A stretch of 64,000 nucleotides of DNA from Candidatus Binatia bacterium (GTDB lineage: Bacteria; Desulfobacterota; Binatia; Bin18): assembly GCA_963664395.2 (NCBI GenBank), contig OY761159.2:2272001-2336000 (forward strand), in the 5' to 3' direction. Position numbers and translations under genes: made by a program. Each line of letters opens with the position of its first letter. Positions within the stretch are counted from its first letter, which is position 1. Below, one piece after another: positions 19,578 to 28,662 of this stretch. The notes under the pieces are model-generated. The model made no database searches. It saw only the letters and a list, made by a program, of their open reading frames with translations, and was not told where the DNA came from.

Positions 19578-19650
19578 GGGCAGCCCCCTGTGGCTGCCCG
19601 TCCCCTCTGCCCGCCCCACCCCTGGGCGACCACGGGGGGGTCGCCCCTAC
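19574..19650. repeat. GTAG-family REP doublet (REPIN-like)
   Basis: GTAGGGGCAGCCCCCTGTGGCTGCCC ... GGGCGACCACGGGGGGGTCGCCCCTAC: two inverted palindromic units between convergent genes. Confidence 0.8.
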
Positions 19651-20153
19651 GCATCTGTTTTCAACTCGGGGAAGAGATCACGCTTGGGCACATGCGCCTT
19701 TTTCCAGACCATCACGTTACGCGTATACTGACAGACTAAGGTGCCGTCCTGCTTGACCCCCCGCGTCCCAACTTTGACGATGCCCCACTGCGGCTTGGAC
19801 TTGGATTCGCGTTTTTCCAGGACTTCCGACTCGGAATACAGCGTATCGCCGGCAAACACCGGATTCGGGAGTGTAATGTTGTCCCAGCCCAAGTTAAAGC
19901 CGTTCTCACTCACATCTGCGACGCCGAGTCCGGCAACAATAGCGAGCGTGAGCCCACTGTTAATCAGGCATTGACCGAATTCGGTCTGCTTGCCGTATTC
20001 GGTATTAAAATGAATTTGGTTGGTGTTACAGGTCAGCAAGGTGAACCAGGTATTGTCCGTCTCAGTCACGGTGCGTCCCAAGCGACAGCGATAGACATCC
20101 CCAATTTCAAAGTCTTCGTAACAACGTCCTTCCCAGCCGGGTTTGACCGCCAT
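19647..20153 (-). CDS. MaoC family dehydratase
   Basis: YEDFEIGD, RTVTETDN...NTNQIHFN, NLGWD, PVFAGDTL. Confidence 0.9.
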   Translation of the reverse strand: MAVKPGWEGRCYEDFEIGDVYRCRLGRTVTETDNTWFTLLTCNTNQIHFNTEYGKQTEFGQCLINSGLTLAIVAGLGVADVSENGFNLGWDNITLPNPVFAGDTLYSESEVLEKRESKSKPQWGIVKVGTRGVKQDGTLVCQYTRNVMVWKKAHVPKRDLFPELKTDA

Positions 20154-20211
20154 AGTACCCTCCTCAACAGAGTGAAATTTTTGCCGCAGTGTACCACATG
20201 GCTTCTTCCCT

Positions 20212-20267
20212 TGGGAGCGCGGCCATCTTGGCCGCGTCTGTGAGCGGGCTAGAAGCCCGCCCTCCCA
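20212..20267. repeat. REP-like doublet of a second family
   Basis: TGGGAGCGCGGCCATCTTGGCCGC ... GCGGGCTAGAAGCCCGCCCTCCCA: inverted palindromic units. Confidence 0.6.
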
Positions 20268-20281
20268 GGCTGAGGCGACTC

Positions 20282-20785
20282 TTACCAGCGGTGACTTTTT
20301 GGTTTTTGACCCTGCCCGGCTGTGGTTTCCTCTTCTTCGAGAACGGCTAAGACAAGAGCGAGCTGGCCACTCGTTCGGTAGAAAAATCCGGCAAGCAGGA
20401 CGGGTTTCCGAATATGCTCCTCGGTCAGGAGCGGGGCTAATATCTCCCCATTGATGATACGCAGATTCGGTTTGTGCCGGCGCATATCTCGGAGCACGGA
20501 AAGCTCGCTTTGCGCCTTACTCGCGGTATGGAATTCATCGACCTGAAGATAGACCTCGTCGTCTTTGGAAATCCCGAAGGCTAAGAGGTCGCCATGCCTG
20601 CCAGGATCACCAGTCGGAACGAAATAGAGCTTCCCGCTGAATCGGACTCGCAGAGGAGTGCCTTCAGCGGCAGACTCTGACGGGAGAGAGAGCAAAAGGA
20701 TGAACACCCAGACCAGGAGGCTCAGGAGGCTCAGGAGGCTCAGGAGGCTCAGGAGGCTGAGATGTCGCATAGAGTGCCTGAACAT
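20282..20785 (-). CDS. Exported hypothetical protein with a repeat-expanded signal peptide
   Basis: Hydrophobic N-terminus with (SLL)n, AxA-like cleavage site SAA; no family recognised. Confidence 0.6.
   Translation of the reverse strand: MFRHSMRHLSLLSLLSLLSLLSLLVWVFILLLSLPSESAAEGTPLRVRFSGKLYFVPTGDPGRHGDLLAFGISKDDEVYLQVDEFHTASKAQSELSVLRDMRRHKPNLRIINGEILAPLLTEEHIRKPVLLAGFFYRTSGQLALVLAVLEEEETTAGQGQKPKSHRW
20714..20758. repeat. In-frame tandem repeat, 5 x 9 bp (caggaggct)
   Basis: Five perfect units; encodes (SLL)5 on the minus strand. Confidence 0.95.
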
Positions 20786-20806
20786 CGGGAATATCCTGTG
20801 GTCGTG

Positions 20807-22342
20807 TTAGTCCGTACTTTCTCTTCCAGCCTCTATACTTCCCTTATCCTTACTTGGGATTCCCTGACAGGGAGAAGCGCAAGGCTGTTGGGCCGGAACC
20901 ATTGGGAGCAGGACAGTGAAACAGCTTCCTCGCCCAACGCTGCTATCGACACTGATCCGCCCCTCATGAGCGAGCACGATTGAACGCGCTAATGCCAGGC
21001 CGAGACCACTTCCTCCTCGGTTTTGGGCGTGGCTTCGGGCCGGGTCACTGCGATAGAAACGATCAAAGATATGACGCTGCTCCTCGGGTGCAATGCCGGC
21101 CCCAGTGTCGGTGACTGACAGTTGCGCCTGTGTCCCCGACGGTTTCAGTGTCAGCGTCACAGTCCCGCTATCCGGTGTGTATTTAATAGCGTTCTCACCC
21201 AGGTTGAACATGAGCCGAAACAACATGGTCTCACTGCCCCGCGTCCATAGTTCCGTTGGCGCGGCAGTCTTCAACGTAATGTGAACTGTCTCGGCCAGCG
21301 CGTACAGCGCTGTACAGACGTCTCGCAGGACCGCTGTGAGATTGACCGGGGTACGCGCGATATTCATATTGCCGCTGTCAGAGCGGGCCAGAAAGAGCAG
21401 GTCCGTGACGAGCGCGCTGAGGCGGTCAACTTCTTCAAGGCAACTGACCAGGACGTGGCGATATTCATCCGGTGTTGGAGGAGAGCGGAGCGCAACCTCA
21501 ATCTCCCCTTTGAGAATGGTAAGCGGCGTACGCAGTTCGTGGGCGGCATCTGCGCTAAAGTGCCTGACTGCAGCAAACGCACGTTCCAGCCGAGCCAGCA
21601 TGGCGTTCAATACCGCGGCCAGACGGCCGAGCTCGTCCGTACTGTCCGCGGCCTCGATCCGGCGCGAGAGGTCTTCCGCCTCTATTGCCCGGGCCGTATT
21701 AACCATTGCATCCACAGGGGCCAGGGCGTGTCGTGCCAGAAACCAGCCGCCCACTCCCGCCCCCCCGAGTGCCAGCGGGATGAGTCCCAGGAGAATCAAG
21801 AGAAAGCGAGAACGGGCCGTATCCGCACTCTCAAGGGGCATGGCGACCTGAACGAGATGAATCATGCGGCCGCGCTCAATAACCGGCAGCGTCAGCAGCC
21901 GGACCGGTATCCCCTCCCTCTCTTCCCCCCTAGAAGGAGGAGGTAAGGTGATGGTCTGATAGGTTTCCCGGCCTTGCCGGGCGTTTGACTGCGCTTCCGG
22001 GCTGAGTGGGAATTGCATGCGGGAGCGCGGCACAACACGTGGGTCCGGACGGCCCAATGGATCAAGTAAACGAAAGAACCGAGCGGCCGGCCCGGAACCA
22101 AGAGGACCAAGCGGGCCAAGCAGCGCCTCTAAAGCTGCACCTAAATCACGTCCTGTCGGTGGGGGACGCCGGACCGAATCGGCAATGGACACTGCGACAG
22201 ATTTAAGCGAGGCATCAATATTGTCGCGCAACCCTCGGTCGAGGAGAATGAAGGCGGCTGCCCCGAGGAGGACCAACATCCCGGTCAGGAGAGCCGTATA
22301 CCAGAGCGTCAGGCGGGCACGCAGGCTGGTTGGCAAGCGCAT
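20807..22342 (-). CDS. HAMP-domain sensor histidine kinase (heavy-metal/CusS-like)
   Basis: Two TM helices, DELGRLA HAMP, H-box DAAHELRTPL, N-box NAIKY, DTGAGI, GSGLGL. Confidence 0.93.
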   Translation of the reverse strand: MRLPTSLRARLTLWYTALLTGMLVLLGAAAFILLDRGLRDNIDASLKSVAVSIADSVRRPPPTGRDLGAALEALLGPLGPLGSGPAARFFRLLDPLGRPDPRVVPRSRMQFPLSPEAQSNARQGRETYQTITLPPPSRGEEREGIPVRLLTLPVIERGRMIHLVQVAMPLESADTARSRFLLILLGLIPLALGGAGVGGWFLARHALAPVDAMVNTARAIEAEDLSRRIEAADSTDELGRLAAVLNAMLARLERAFAAVRHFSADAAHELRTPLTILKGEIEVALRSPPTPDEYRHVLVSCLEEVDRLSALVTDLLFLARSDSGNMNIARTPVNLTAVLRDVCTALYALAETVHITLKTAAPTELWTRGSETMLFRLMFNLGENAIKYTPDSGTVTLTLKPSGTQAQLSVTDTGAGIAPEEQRHIFDRFYRSDPARSHAQNRGGSGLGLALARSIVLAHEGRISVDSSVGRGSCFTVLLPMVPAQQPCASPCQGIPSKDKGSIEAGRESTD

Positions 22343-23055
22343 TATACCTCGGGCTCCTTTATGACATAGCCAACCCCGCGCACCGTATGGATCAGTTTGA
22401 TAGGAAAATCAGCGTCAATCTTTTTCCGGAGATAATTGACATACACATCAATCACATTGGTAAAGGTGTCGAAATCCACGCCCCACACATGCTGGGCGAT
22501 TATGACGCGGCTGAGCACACGACCGGGTTGACGCAAAAAGAATTCGAGCAAGGCAAACTCTTTTGCGGTCAGTTCAATCCGGGTTCCCGCGCGCCTGACC
22601 TCGCGCGAGGCCAGGTCGAGTTCCAAGTCCGCCACGGTCAAGGTAGAGGGGGACAATGGGCCGCCCCGACGCAGTAAGGCCCGAATCCGGGCGAGCAGTT
22701 CTTCAAAGGCAAATGGTTTGGTCAGATAGTCATCCGCGCCTCGGTCCAGCCCTGCGACTTTATCCGCAACCGTGTCACGAGCGGTGAGCATCAGGACCGG
22801 AACGCGGAGTTTGCGCGGCCGCATCTCCATCCGCATTTCCATCCGCATCTCCATCCGCATTTCTTGGAGGACGCTCAATCCATCCCGCTTGGGCAGCATG
22901 ACGTCCAAAACGACCAGATCGTACTCGTGGTCGAACGCCTGGGTGAGCCCGACCTCGCCATCTGGAGCGATATCAACACTATAGCCCTCGGCCTCAAGAC
23001 CACGGCGGATAAAACTGGCGACTTTTACTTCGTCTTCAATCACAAGGATACGCAC
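22342..23055 (-). CDS. OmpR-family response regulator (CusR-like)
   Basis: RILVIEDE, LDVMLP, LTARD, GADDYLTKPF, winged helix IHTVRGVGY; GTG 23055 preferred (ATG 23070 possible); shares 1 nt with the kinase start. Confidence 0.93.
   Translation of the reverse strand: MRILVIEDEVKVASFIRRGLEAEGYSVDIAPDGEVGLTQAFDHEYDLVVLDVMLPKRDGLSVLQEMRMEMRMEMRMEMRPRKLRVPVLMLTARDTVADKVAGLDRGADDYLTKPFAFEELLARIRALLRRGGPLSPSTLTVADLELDLASREVRRAGTRIELTAKEFALLEFFLRQPGRVLSRVIIAQHVWGVDFDTFTNVIDVYVNYLRKKIDADFPIKLIHTVRGVGYVIKEPEV
22819..22863. repeat. In-frame tandem repeat, about 3.75 x 12 bp (ccgcatYtccat)
   Basis: Encodes EMRMEMRMEMRMEMR inside the receiver domain. Confidence 0.93.
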
Positions 23056-23116
23056 GAGCTTGCCTCGCATTTGCCTCAGGTTCACGAACAGCTTGAATGG
23101 GCATATTGTAGCAGAG

Positions 23117-23416
23117 ATGCCCATAAGACCCAGCCTGTCCCCTCTGAAAATGGTCCGCCATCTGCCCCGGTTTGCGAAGCTGTTCTGGCGGCTGTTCCGA
23201 GACCGGCGTGTCCCGTTCCGGGCCAAGGCCGTACTGGGTGGAGCAATATTCTACTTGGTACTGCCCACGGATTTGCTGCCCGATATCCTGCCTTTCGTTG
23301 GCGTTGTCGACGATATTACTGTCCTGTTCCTTGCCGGCCGCTGGTTTCTTTCCTTGTGTCCACCGAACGTGGTACAGGAGCATGTGAGGACATTGAGTAA
23401 GGAAGCCGCGGGTTAA
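23117..23416 (+). CDS. YkvA / DUF1232 family membrane protein
   Basis: DRRVPFRAK...YLVLPTDLLPDILPFVGVVDD. Confidence 0.85.
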   Translation: MPIRPSLSPLKMVRHLPRFAKLFWRLFRDRRVPFRAKAVLGGAIFYLVLPTDLLPDILPFVGVVDDITVLFLAGRWFLSLCPPNVVQEHVRTLSKEAAG

Positions 23417-23436
23417 TATCTATTTGTATTGTCAAC

Positions 23437-23486
23437 AGAAGTATCGAGAATGACCTCTGATTGAATTTGAGATTCTCGATACTTCT
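23437..23486. repeat. 50-bp hairpin element, copy A (MITE-like or regulatory)
   Basis: Perfect 15-bp inverted ends AGAAGTATCGAGAAT / ATTCTCGATACTTCT; near-identical copy at 60358-60408. Confidence 0.85.
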
Positions 23487-23499
23487 TAAGGAGTGACCT

Positions 23500-25251
23500 A
23501 TGACATATCGCCCAACCCTGATGAGTACGCGAGGTATGATTTCGACCGAACACTATCTGTCCGCCGAAGCCGGCATGCATATTCTCCGTGCCGGGGGCAA
23601 CGCGTTTGATGCTGCCGTAGCCGCAGCGCTAGTCGAAGGCGTGCTCAACCCCCATATGCATACGTTCGGAGGCGAACTGTCCGCACTCGCGTACAGCGCG
23701 GCGGATAATAAAGTTTTCTCGATTAATGGCAATACCGTTGCTCCCAAAGCGGCCACGCTTGAGTGGTTTCAGCAGCAGGACCTCACGCTCATTCCAGCCC
23801 GCGGAGTCCTGGCCGCCGGGCCGTGTGCGGCTCCGGACGCCTTCATTTCTGTTCTGCAACGCTTTGGTACCTGCAGCTTTGCCCAAGTGGTTGAATCTGC
23901 GCTGGAACTGGCCGAGGACGGTTTTCCCATGCACCGCGCCTTACGTGGACCGGCGCCGGCCTATCTGAATATGGATTTTTCGATTGCCGGGAATGCCGAG
24001 CATTTCAGGAAACACTGGCCGTCTTCAGCAAAAGTCTATCTGCCGGACGGACACTTACCCGATGTGGGTCAAGTCATTACGAATCCGGACCTGGCCCGCA
24101 CGTTCCGTCGCCTTATTGCGGCAGAAGTAGGGGCGGCTGGTGATCGTCTGGACGGTCTCACCGCCGCCCGTGCCGAGTTTTATGAAGGGCACATCGCTCA
24201 GACCATAGCGGCCCATGCGAAAGAACAGGGGGGACTGCTGAGCGCAGAAGATTTAGCCGACTTTCATATTCAGATCGAAGAGCCGACGACTCTCAATTAT
24301 CGTGGCTATGATGTGTATAAGTGTGGCCCCTGGAGCCAAGGCCCGGTGTTTCTGCAGCAACTGGCCCTGCTTGAAGGTTTTGATCTCAAGGGGATGGGCC
24401 TGAATAGTGCGGATTATATTCATACGGTCACAGAAGCAGCCAAGCTTGCCTTTGCCGACCGTGAGCAATACTACGGCGACCCGAATTTTACAGATGTTCC
24501 ACTGGAAGGACTCCTGTCCAAAGACTATGCGTCCAGGCGGCGTGGGCTGATCGATAACGGCCACGCGTCGCTTGACCAGCGGCCAGGCAATCCGCGGACT
24601 GGAGCCGCGTTGCTTGAAGGGGAAGACATCTTTGCGGCGCGGAATTGGGGTCCGGGGACCGTCTATGTGGCGGTGATCGATAAGGAGCGTAATATGGCTT
24701 CTTTTACTCCGAGCGGCGCCTGGATTCCTTCCTCCCCGGTGATGGACGGACTCGGCTTCCCCCTGGGGACACGAGTCCAGACGTTCTTCTTGGATGCAAA
24801 GCATCCCAACGCATTGGTACCGGGGAAACGTCCGCGTACCACCCTGACTCCGACCCTTGTGATGCGAGATGGAAAACCCGGTATGGTTTTTGGCACGCCG
24901 GGCGGAGACCAGCAAGATCAGTGGACGTTGCAATTCTTTCTGGCGGTCGCGGATTTTGGAATGGACGTACAGGCTGCCATAGAAGCCCCACGGTTCTCGA
25001 CTGCCCATTTCCCGACGAGTTTCTATCCGCACAATTGTGTTCCCGGCCTCCTGCGGGTCGAGGATCGTATTGCTGCAGACATCCGTACTGAGCTCGAAGT
25101 GCGCGGACACAAGCTCCAAGTCAACCCAGCCTGGAGCGAAGGAGATGTGCTGGGTATCCGCATTGACGCTACGCATGGCACGCTGCACGGGGGCGCTGAT
25201 GTGCGCGGGGAACAGAGCAAACGGATGCCATCGTATGTTGTTGGATGGTAA
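23500..25251 (+). CDS. Gamma-glutamyltransferase family (Ntn hydrolase)
   Basis: GGNAFDAAVA, KLAFADRE.YYGDP, GTVYVAVID, PGKRPRTTLTP, FGTPGGDQQ. Confidence 0.92.
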   Translation: MTYRPTLMSTRGMISTEHYLSAEAGMHILRAGGNAFDAAVAAALVEGVLNPHMHTFGGELSALAYSAADNKVFSINGNTVAPKAATLEWFQQQDLTLIPARGVLAAGPCAAPDAFISVLQRFGTCSFAQVVESALELAEDGFPMHRALRGPAPAYLNMDFSIAGNAEHFRKHWPSSAKVYLPDGHLPDVGQVITNPDLARTFRRLIAAEVGAAGDRLDGLTAARAEFYEGHIAQTIAAHAKEQGGLLSAEDLADFHIQIEEPTTLNYRGYDVYKCGPWSQGPVFLQQLALLEGFDLKGMGLNSADYIHTVTEAAKLAFADREQYYGDPNFTDVPLEGLLSKDYASRRRGLIDNGHASLDQRPGNPRTGAALLEGEDIFAARNWGPGTVYVAVIDKERNMASFTPSGAWIPSSPVMDGLGFPLGTRVQTFFLDAKHPNALVPGKRPRTTLTPTLVMRDGKPGMVFGTPGGDQQDQWTLQFFLAVADFGMDVQAAIEAPRFSTAHFPTSFYPHNCVPGLLRVEDRIAADIRTELEVRGHKLQVNPAWSEGDVLGIRIDATHGTLHGGADVRGEQSKRMPSYVVGW

Positions 25252-25339
25252 GTTTTCCTTGGGTTGGGAGATTTTTCTTGTGTCTCTCCTCACCGCTTGC
25301 CATATCTATGTATTAGAAAAGCTAAGATTAAAATTTAGC

Positions 25340-25366
25340 TCTTGACTCTCAAAGCGAGAGTGCTAG
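25340..25366 (+). promoter_or_regulatory. Degenerate CIRCE-like (HrcA) operator overlapping a TTGACT -35 hexamer
   Basis: tcttgACTC-N9-GAGTGCTAG versus consensus TTAGCACTC-N9-GAGTGCTAA. Confidence 0.4.
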
Positions 25367-25699
25367 GTAAGTAGTGGTAGTGTGCGTGGGAGGCGCGTGG
25401 CGAGGGCAACATCGTCCACCAGACTGAAGACGGGAGGACATCTGCCATACATGCGAGCTCGGGAGCAACATCTCGGCTCTATTCTTCTTAGTCGAAAGAT
25501 TCGGCTTTCTCCATCCACCCAACCCCCCTATTCAGACACGATTCCCTCTCTTCTCTTAAGTCCTCGAAAAGCACCGACTATTCGGACTGTTGGCGTCTTT
25601 TCTGGTCTACAAATCGTTGCAGAGCCACGTCCGCCGCCAACGAGAAATACTATGAGGAATGCCTTTTTCGTAAACCCAAAAAATTGGAGGAGTGGAATT

Positions 25700-26050
25700 A
25701 TGCAACTGCCAGTGCACATCGTCTCTCGCGATCTTTATCTTTCCAATCATCTGGAGACAACCATTCATGAGAAAGCAAGCAAGCTTGACACCTTTTATAG
25801 TCGCATTACACGCTGCCGAGTCGTTATTGAATCCCCGACGCACCATCACTGGAAGAGTAAATCCTATAAAGTGCGGATTGACCTGAGCGTGCCTGGCGCT
25901 GAGCTTGTTGTGAACCACCACGAAAACCAGGACTTAAAAATCGCTATCCGAGACGCCTTTGAGGCGGCCAAACGTCAGTTGCAACACTATGCCCACCAAC
26001 AACGCGGTGATGTGAAGGCGCATTCCGCAATGGCAGAAGCGTGGCATTAG
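25700..26050 (+). CDS. HPF/RaiA family ribosome-associated protein
   Basis: GGAGG RBS; MQLPVHIVSRD...ITRCRVVIE...VRIDLSVPG.ELVV...AIRDAFEAAKRQL. Confidence 0.85.
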   Translation: MQLPVHIVSRDLYLSNHLETTIHEKASKLDTFYSRITRCRVVIESPTHHHWKSKSYKVRIDLSVPGAELVVNHHENQDLKIAIRDAFEAAKRQLQHYAHQQRGDVKAHSAMAEAWH

Positions 26051-26095
26051 AACGAATGCCATGCCGCCACTGTTTCCTTAAGGAAAGGAAAAGCT

Positions 26096-27007
26096 ATGGC
26101 CGAGGGATTTCGCAAGATTGTGTGCCCCATCTATTTGGATGAAACATCGCCCCAAATGTTATCGCATGCGCGCCACTTCGCCCAACTCGGAGATGGTACC
26201 ATCTATCTCCTGCATGTCGTGCCAACTGATGAGCTCCATCTGCTGCGCAAGATCTATAGGCCGGACCAAAGTGGGGGGGCGGATATCAGTACGGCAGAAC
26301 GGGTTGCTCGTGAACAACTAGAGGCTGTTGCTCAGGAGCATCTAAGCGACACCCGGTATGCCATTCTGACCCAATTCAACAGCAATCCGGCTGCCGGAAT
26401 TCTTGAAGCACAAAAAGAAATAGACGCTGACCTCGTGGTTATGGCCTCGCACGGCCGAACCGGCCTTGCCCACCTCATTCTGGGCAGCGTTGCCGAAAAG
26501 GTGGTCCGGGAGTCGGCCTGTCCGGTGTTGACTATTCGTCAAGGAGACGAAGAGGGGGCCACGTCTTCGTTCCGGAAAATCCTTGTTCCGGTGGATATCG
26601 CCGAGCGGTCAGCGACTGCCCTCAGGTGTGCCAGGCAGATTACGGAACAGGATGGGGGAACAGTCTATCCACTGCACGTTGTTCCGACTGAAGACATCTA
26701 CCTCCAACGCGACGTCTACCGGCTTCAGGGAGGAGAAGGAACGAATCTTGTACAAGCGGAAAAGGTGGCCAAAGAGCGGTTAGCGGAAATCTCGCATACC
26801 TATCTTGAGGGCGTCCGATACGAACCTGTTGTCCATGTGAGCGGCGACCCGGCCCGCACTTTCCTTGAAATGGAAAAAGAAGTCGGAGCGGATTTACTGG
26901 TTATGGCGACGCATGGATTTACCGGCCTGTTTCACCTCTTGCTCGGCAGTCTGACCGAAAAAATGATGCGCGAAGCCGGCTGCCCGGTATTAGCCCTTCA
27001 CCAGTAG
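26096..27007 (+). CDS. Universal stress protein with two USP domains
   Basis: Two copies of FRKI..P...LHVVP...ADL.VMA.HG.TGL.HL.LGS..EK..RE..CPVL. Confidence 0.93.
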   Translation: MAEGFRKIVCPIYLDETSPQMLSHARHFAQLGDGTIYLLHVVPTDELHLLRKIYRPDQSGGADISTAERVAREQLEAVAQEHLSDTRYAILTQFNSNPAAGILEAQKEIDADLVVMASHGRTGLAHLILGSVAEKVVRESACPVLTIRQGDEEGATSSFRKILVPVDIAERSATALRCARQITEQDGGTVYPLHVVPTEDIYLQRDVYRLQGGEGTNLVQAEKVAKERLAEISHTYLEGVRYEPVVHVSGDPARTFLEMEKEVGADLLVMATHGFTGLFHLLLGSLTEKMMREAGCPVLALHQ

Positions 27008-27056
27008 CTGAGAGAAAGAGCGACTGTGCTACAGAACATAAGAAAAGGGGCACGAG

Positions 27057-27566
27057 ATGAAGGATACGGCCTATAAGATCGTGAGTGAATCTCTGCAAGA
27101 CGAGCTACGGGCTATTGATTTTTACTTGCTTGCCGCAGATGTGGCGCCCACTCCAGCCGCTCGCCTTGCAGCCCGGCAGTTCGCCAGAGAAGAGGAGCAA
27201 CATTTTGACGACCTCGTAGAGTGGATTGAGTGGGAAGACGATCCGGAATTACGAACAGTCTTACAAAATATTCATCTCCTCCAGTACGATACGTCACCCC
27301 AAACCGATGCAGTGCGACACTGGGTAGAGTTATGTCGCCAGCAGGAGGTCTCCGATCCCGTGCGGATGCTCTTTGAGATAGCGCTGGCGAAAGAACAAGA
27401 GTCGCTCGGGCACTATCATACCCTGGAGCACAAAATAACAGAGCCGCTGGCCCGTCGTGTGCTGCACGCAATCTGCCGGGCTGAAGAACAGCACAAGCGG
27501 TTCCTGGAAGAGCAGTATCAGCGGCTATTATCTGAGCATGAGGAGTCCACGCAGTCCTGGCATTAG
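27057..27566 (+). CDS. Ferritin-like (rubrerythrin-type) protein
   Basis: Two E...Y...EEQH di-iron repeats. Confidence 0.8.
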   Translation: MKDTAYKIVSESLQDELRAIDFYLLAADVAPTPAARLAARQFAREEEQHFDDLVEWIEWEDDPELRTVLQNIHLLQYDTSPQTDAVRHWVELCRQQEVSDPVRMLFEIALAKEQESLGHYHTLEHKITEPLARRVLHAICRAEEQHKRFLEEQYQRLLSEHEESTQSWH

Positions 27567-27633
27567 AGGGACAGGGGCGTGTCCCGCGTCTGCATACGTG
27601 GATAGTAGAAATGTCTAGGAAAAAGAATAGCCT

Positions 27634-28662
27634 TTAACGAGTCCGAAATTCGTTGAGCCGAGTATGTGTGACAAGCTGATCAAGCGTTCGTAACGTAAAG
27701 ACTTTTCCTCGTGTCGCTAACAGTAATTTCTTCATATCTTCCCGCCTGACCCCAAAACCGCGCCCGGCTATACAGGCGACAACCTCAAACCTGGGCTGGC
27801 CGCTCGGGCTGCCCTGTCTGCTGATTGTATCGAGGTGTTGCACCCGGGTAACCTTATCTCGGGCGGTTCCATCATCTTCCGTAACTTTAGCTTCAATGAC
27901 AACATGCGGATTGTATTCATCGGGGACGATGAAGTCTGGCGTTTGATCAAAGCCCGCGATCTTCTCCGCTCGTTTCGGCTGCCTTGAATCTATCCCAGAC
28001 TGATCCAAGACTTTTTCGATTGCAGATTCGAGAAGGTTGCCGACCAACTCAGAAACCGAGTCACGATGTCCGGCAAAAGGGCGGCCTAAAAAACGTTCGT
28101 ACAGCAACATCGCATACGGAACCCCCAACCGGGATAAACTCCGGACGGTGATCAAGCCCTCTTGGGAATCTGCCTTCTGCAAGCGGTGGATCTTATCCTC
28201 TTCCGTTTGGGGAGCAGGGAGATGAAGCAGTTCACACGCGACTGCCACAAGGGCTTCAACACGAGGCGCAGTCGTCTTTGTAAGGTGAAGCGGTGAGAGG
28301 GGGTTTGCACGGATTTTCCGGTCAATACTCCTTGCAAAATTCTAGGAAATCTCGACCCCCGTTCGCCGTGCTGCCACATATGCCCACTCCGGTGGAGTAA
28401 AGCCGAGCATAGTCCGTAAAACAATGAACGTTAGAGGAGTCTGACGGACGGTTGCCAAAACAGCTTCGCTTTGGAGCCGGTCGAAACCGTTGGTCGCTCT
28501 TTTGAGCATCTCGTACGCCCGCTCAAACTGTGGATAGTCGAGGAAATCGTCCCCTTTGGGGAGGACGAGAAACTCCGACTCTAAGCTTGAGAAAATCGCA
28601 TCGACATAAGGCTTCGGATTTGCTTCAATCTCATCAAGAGAAGCCTCAAAAGGATACTTCAT
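27634..28662 (-). pseudogene. PD-(D/E)xK restriction-endonuclease-like gene interrupted by one in-frame TAG
   Basis: ORFs 28342-28662 and 27634-28248 share a frame: ...GVEIS*NFARSIDRKIRANP...EALVAVAC...; catalytic TPDF...IEAK in the distal part; overlaps the MTase stop by 17 nt. Confidence 0.78.

Noticed and set aside
27600-27633. TAGAAATGTCTAGGAAAA as an IS-like end bounding the MTase cassette
   Set aside because: No matching inverted copy at the other end (30917-30991) and no transposase
28342-28344. Amber recoding (pyrrolysine or code 15) to explain the in-frame TAGs in the nuclease and after alaS
   Set aside because: TAG ends conserved genes at their expected positions (recA, etfA, recX), and there are no pyl genes in the window; a nonsense mutation is simpler
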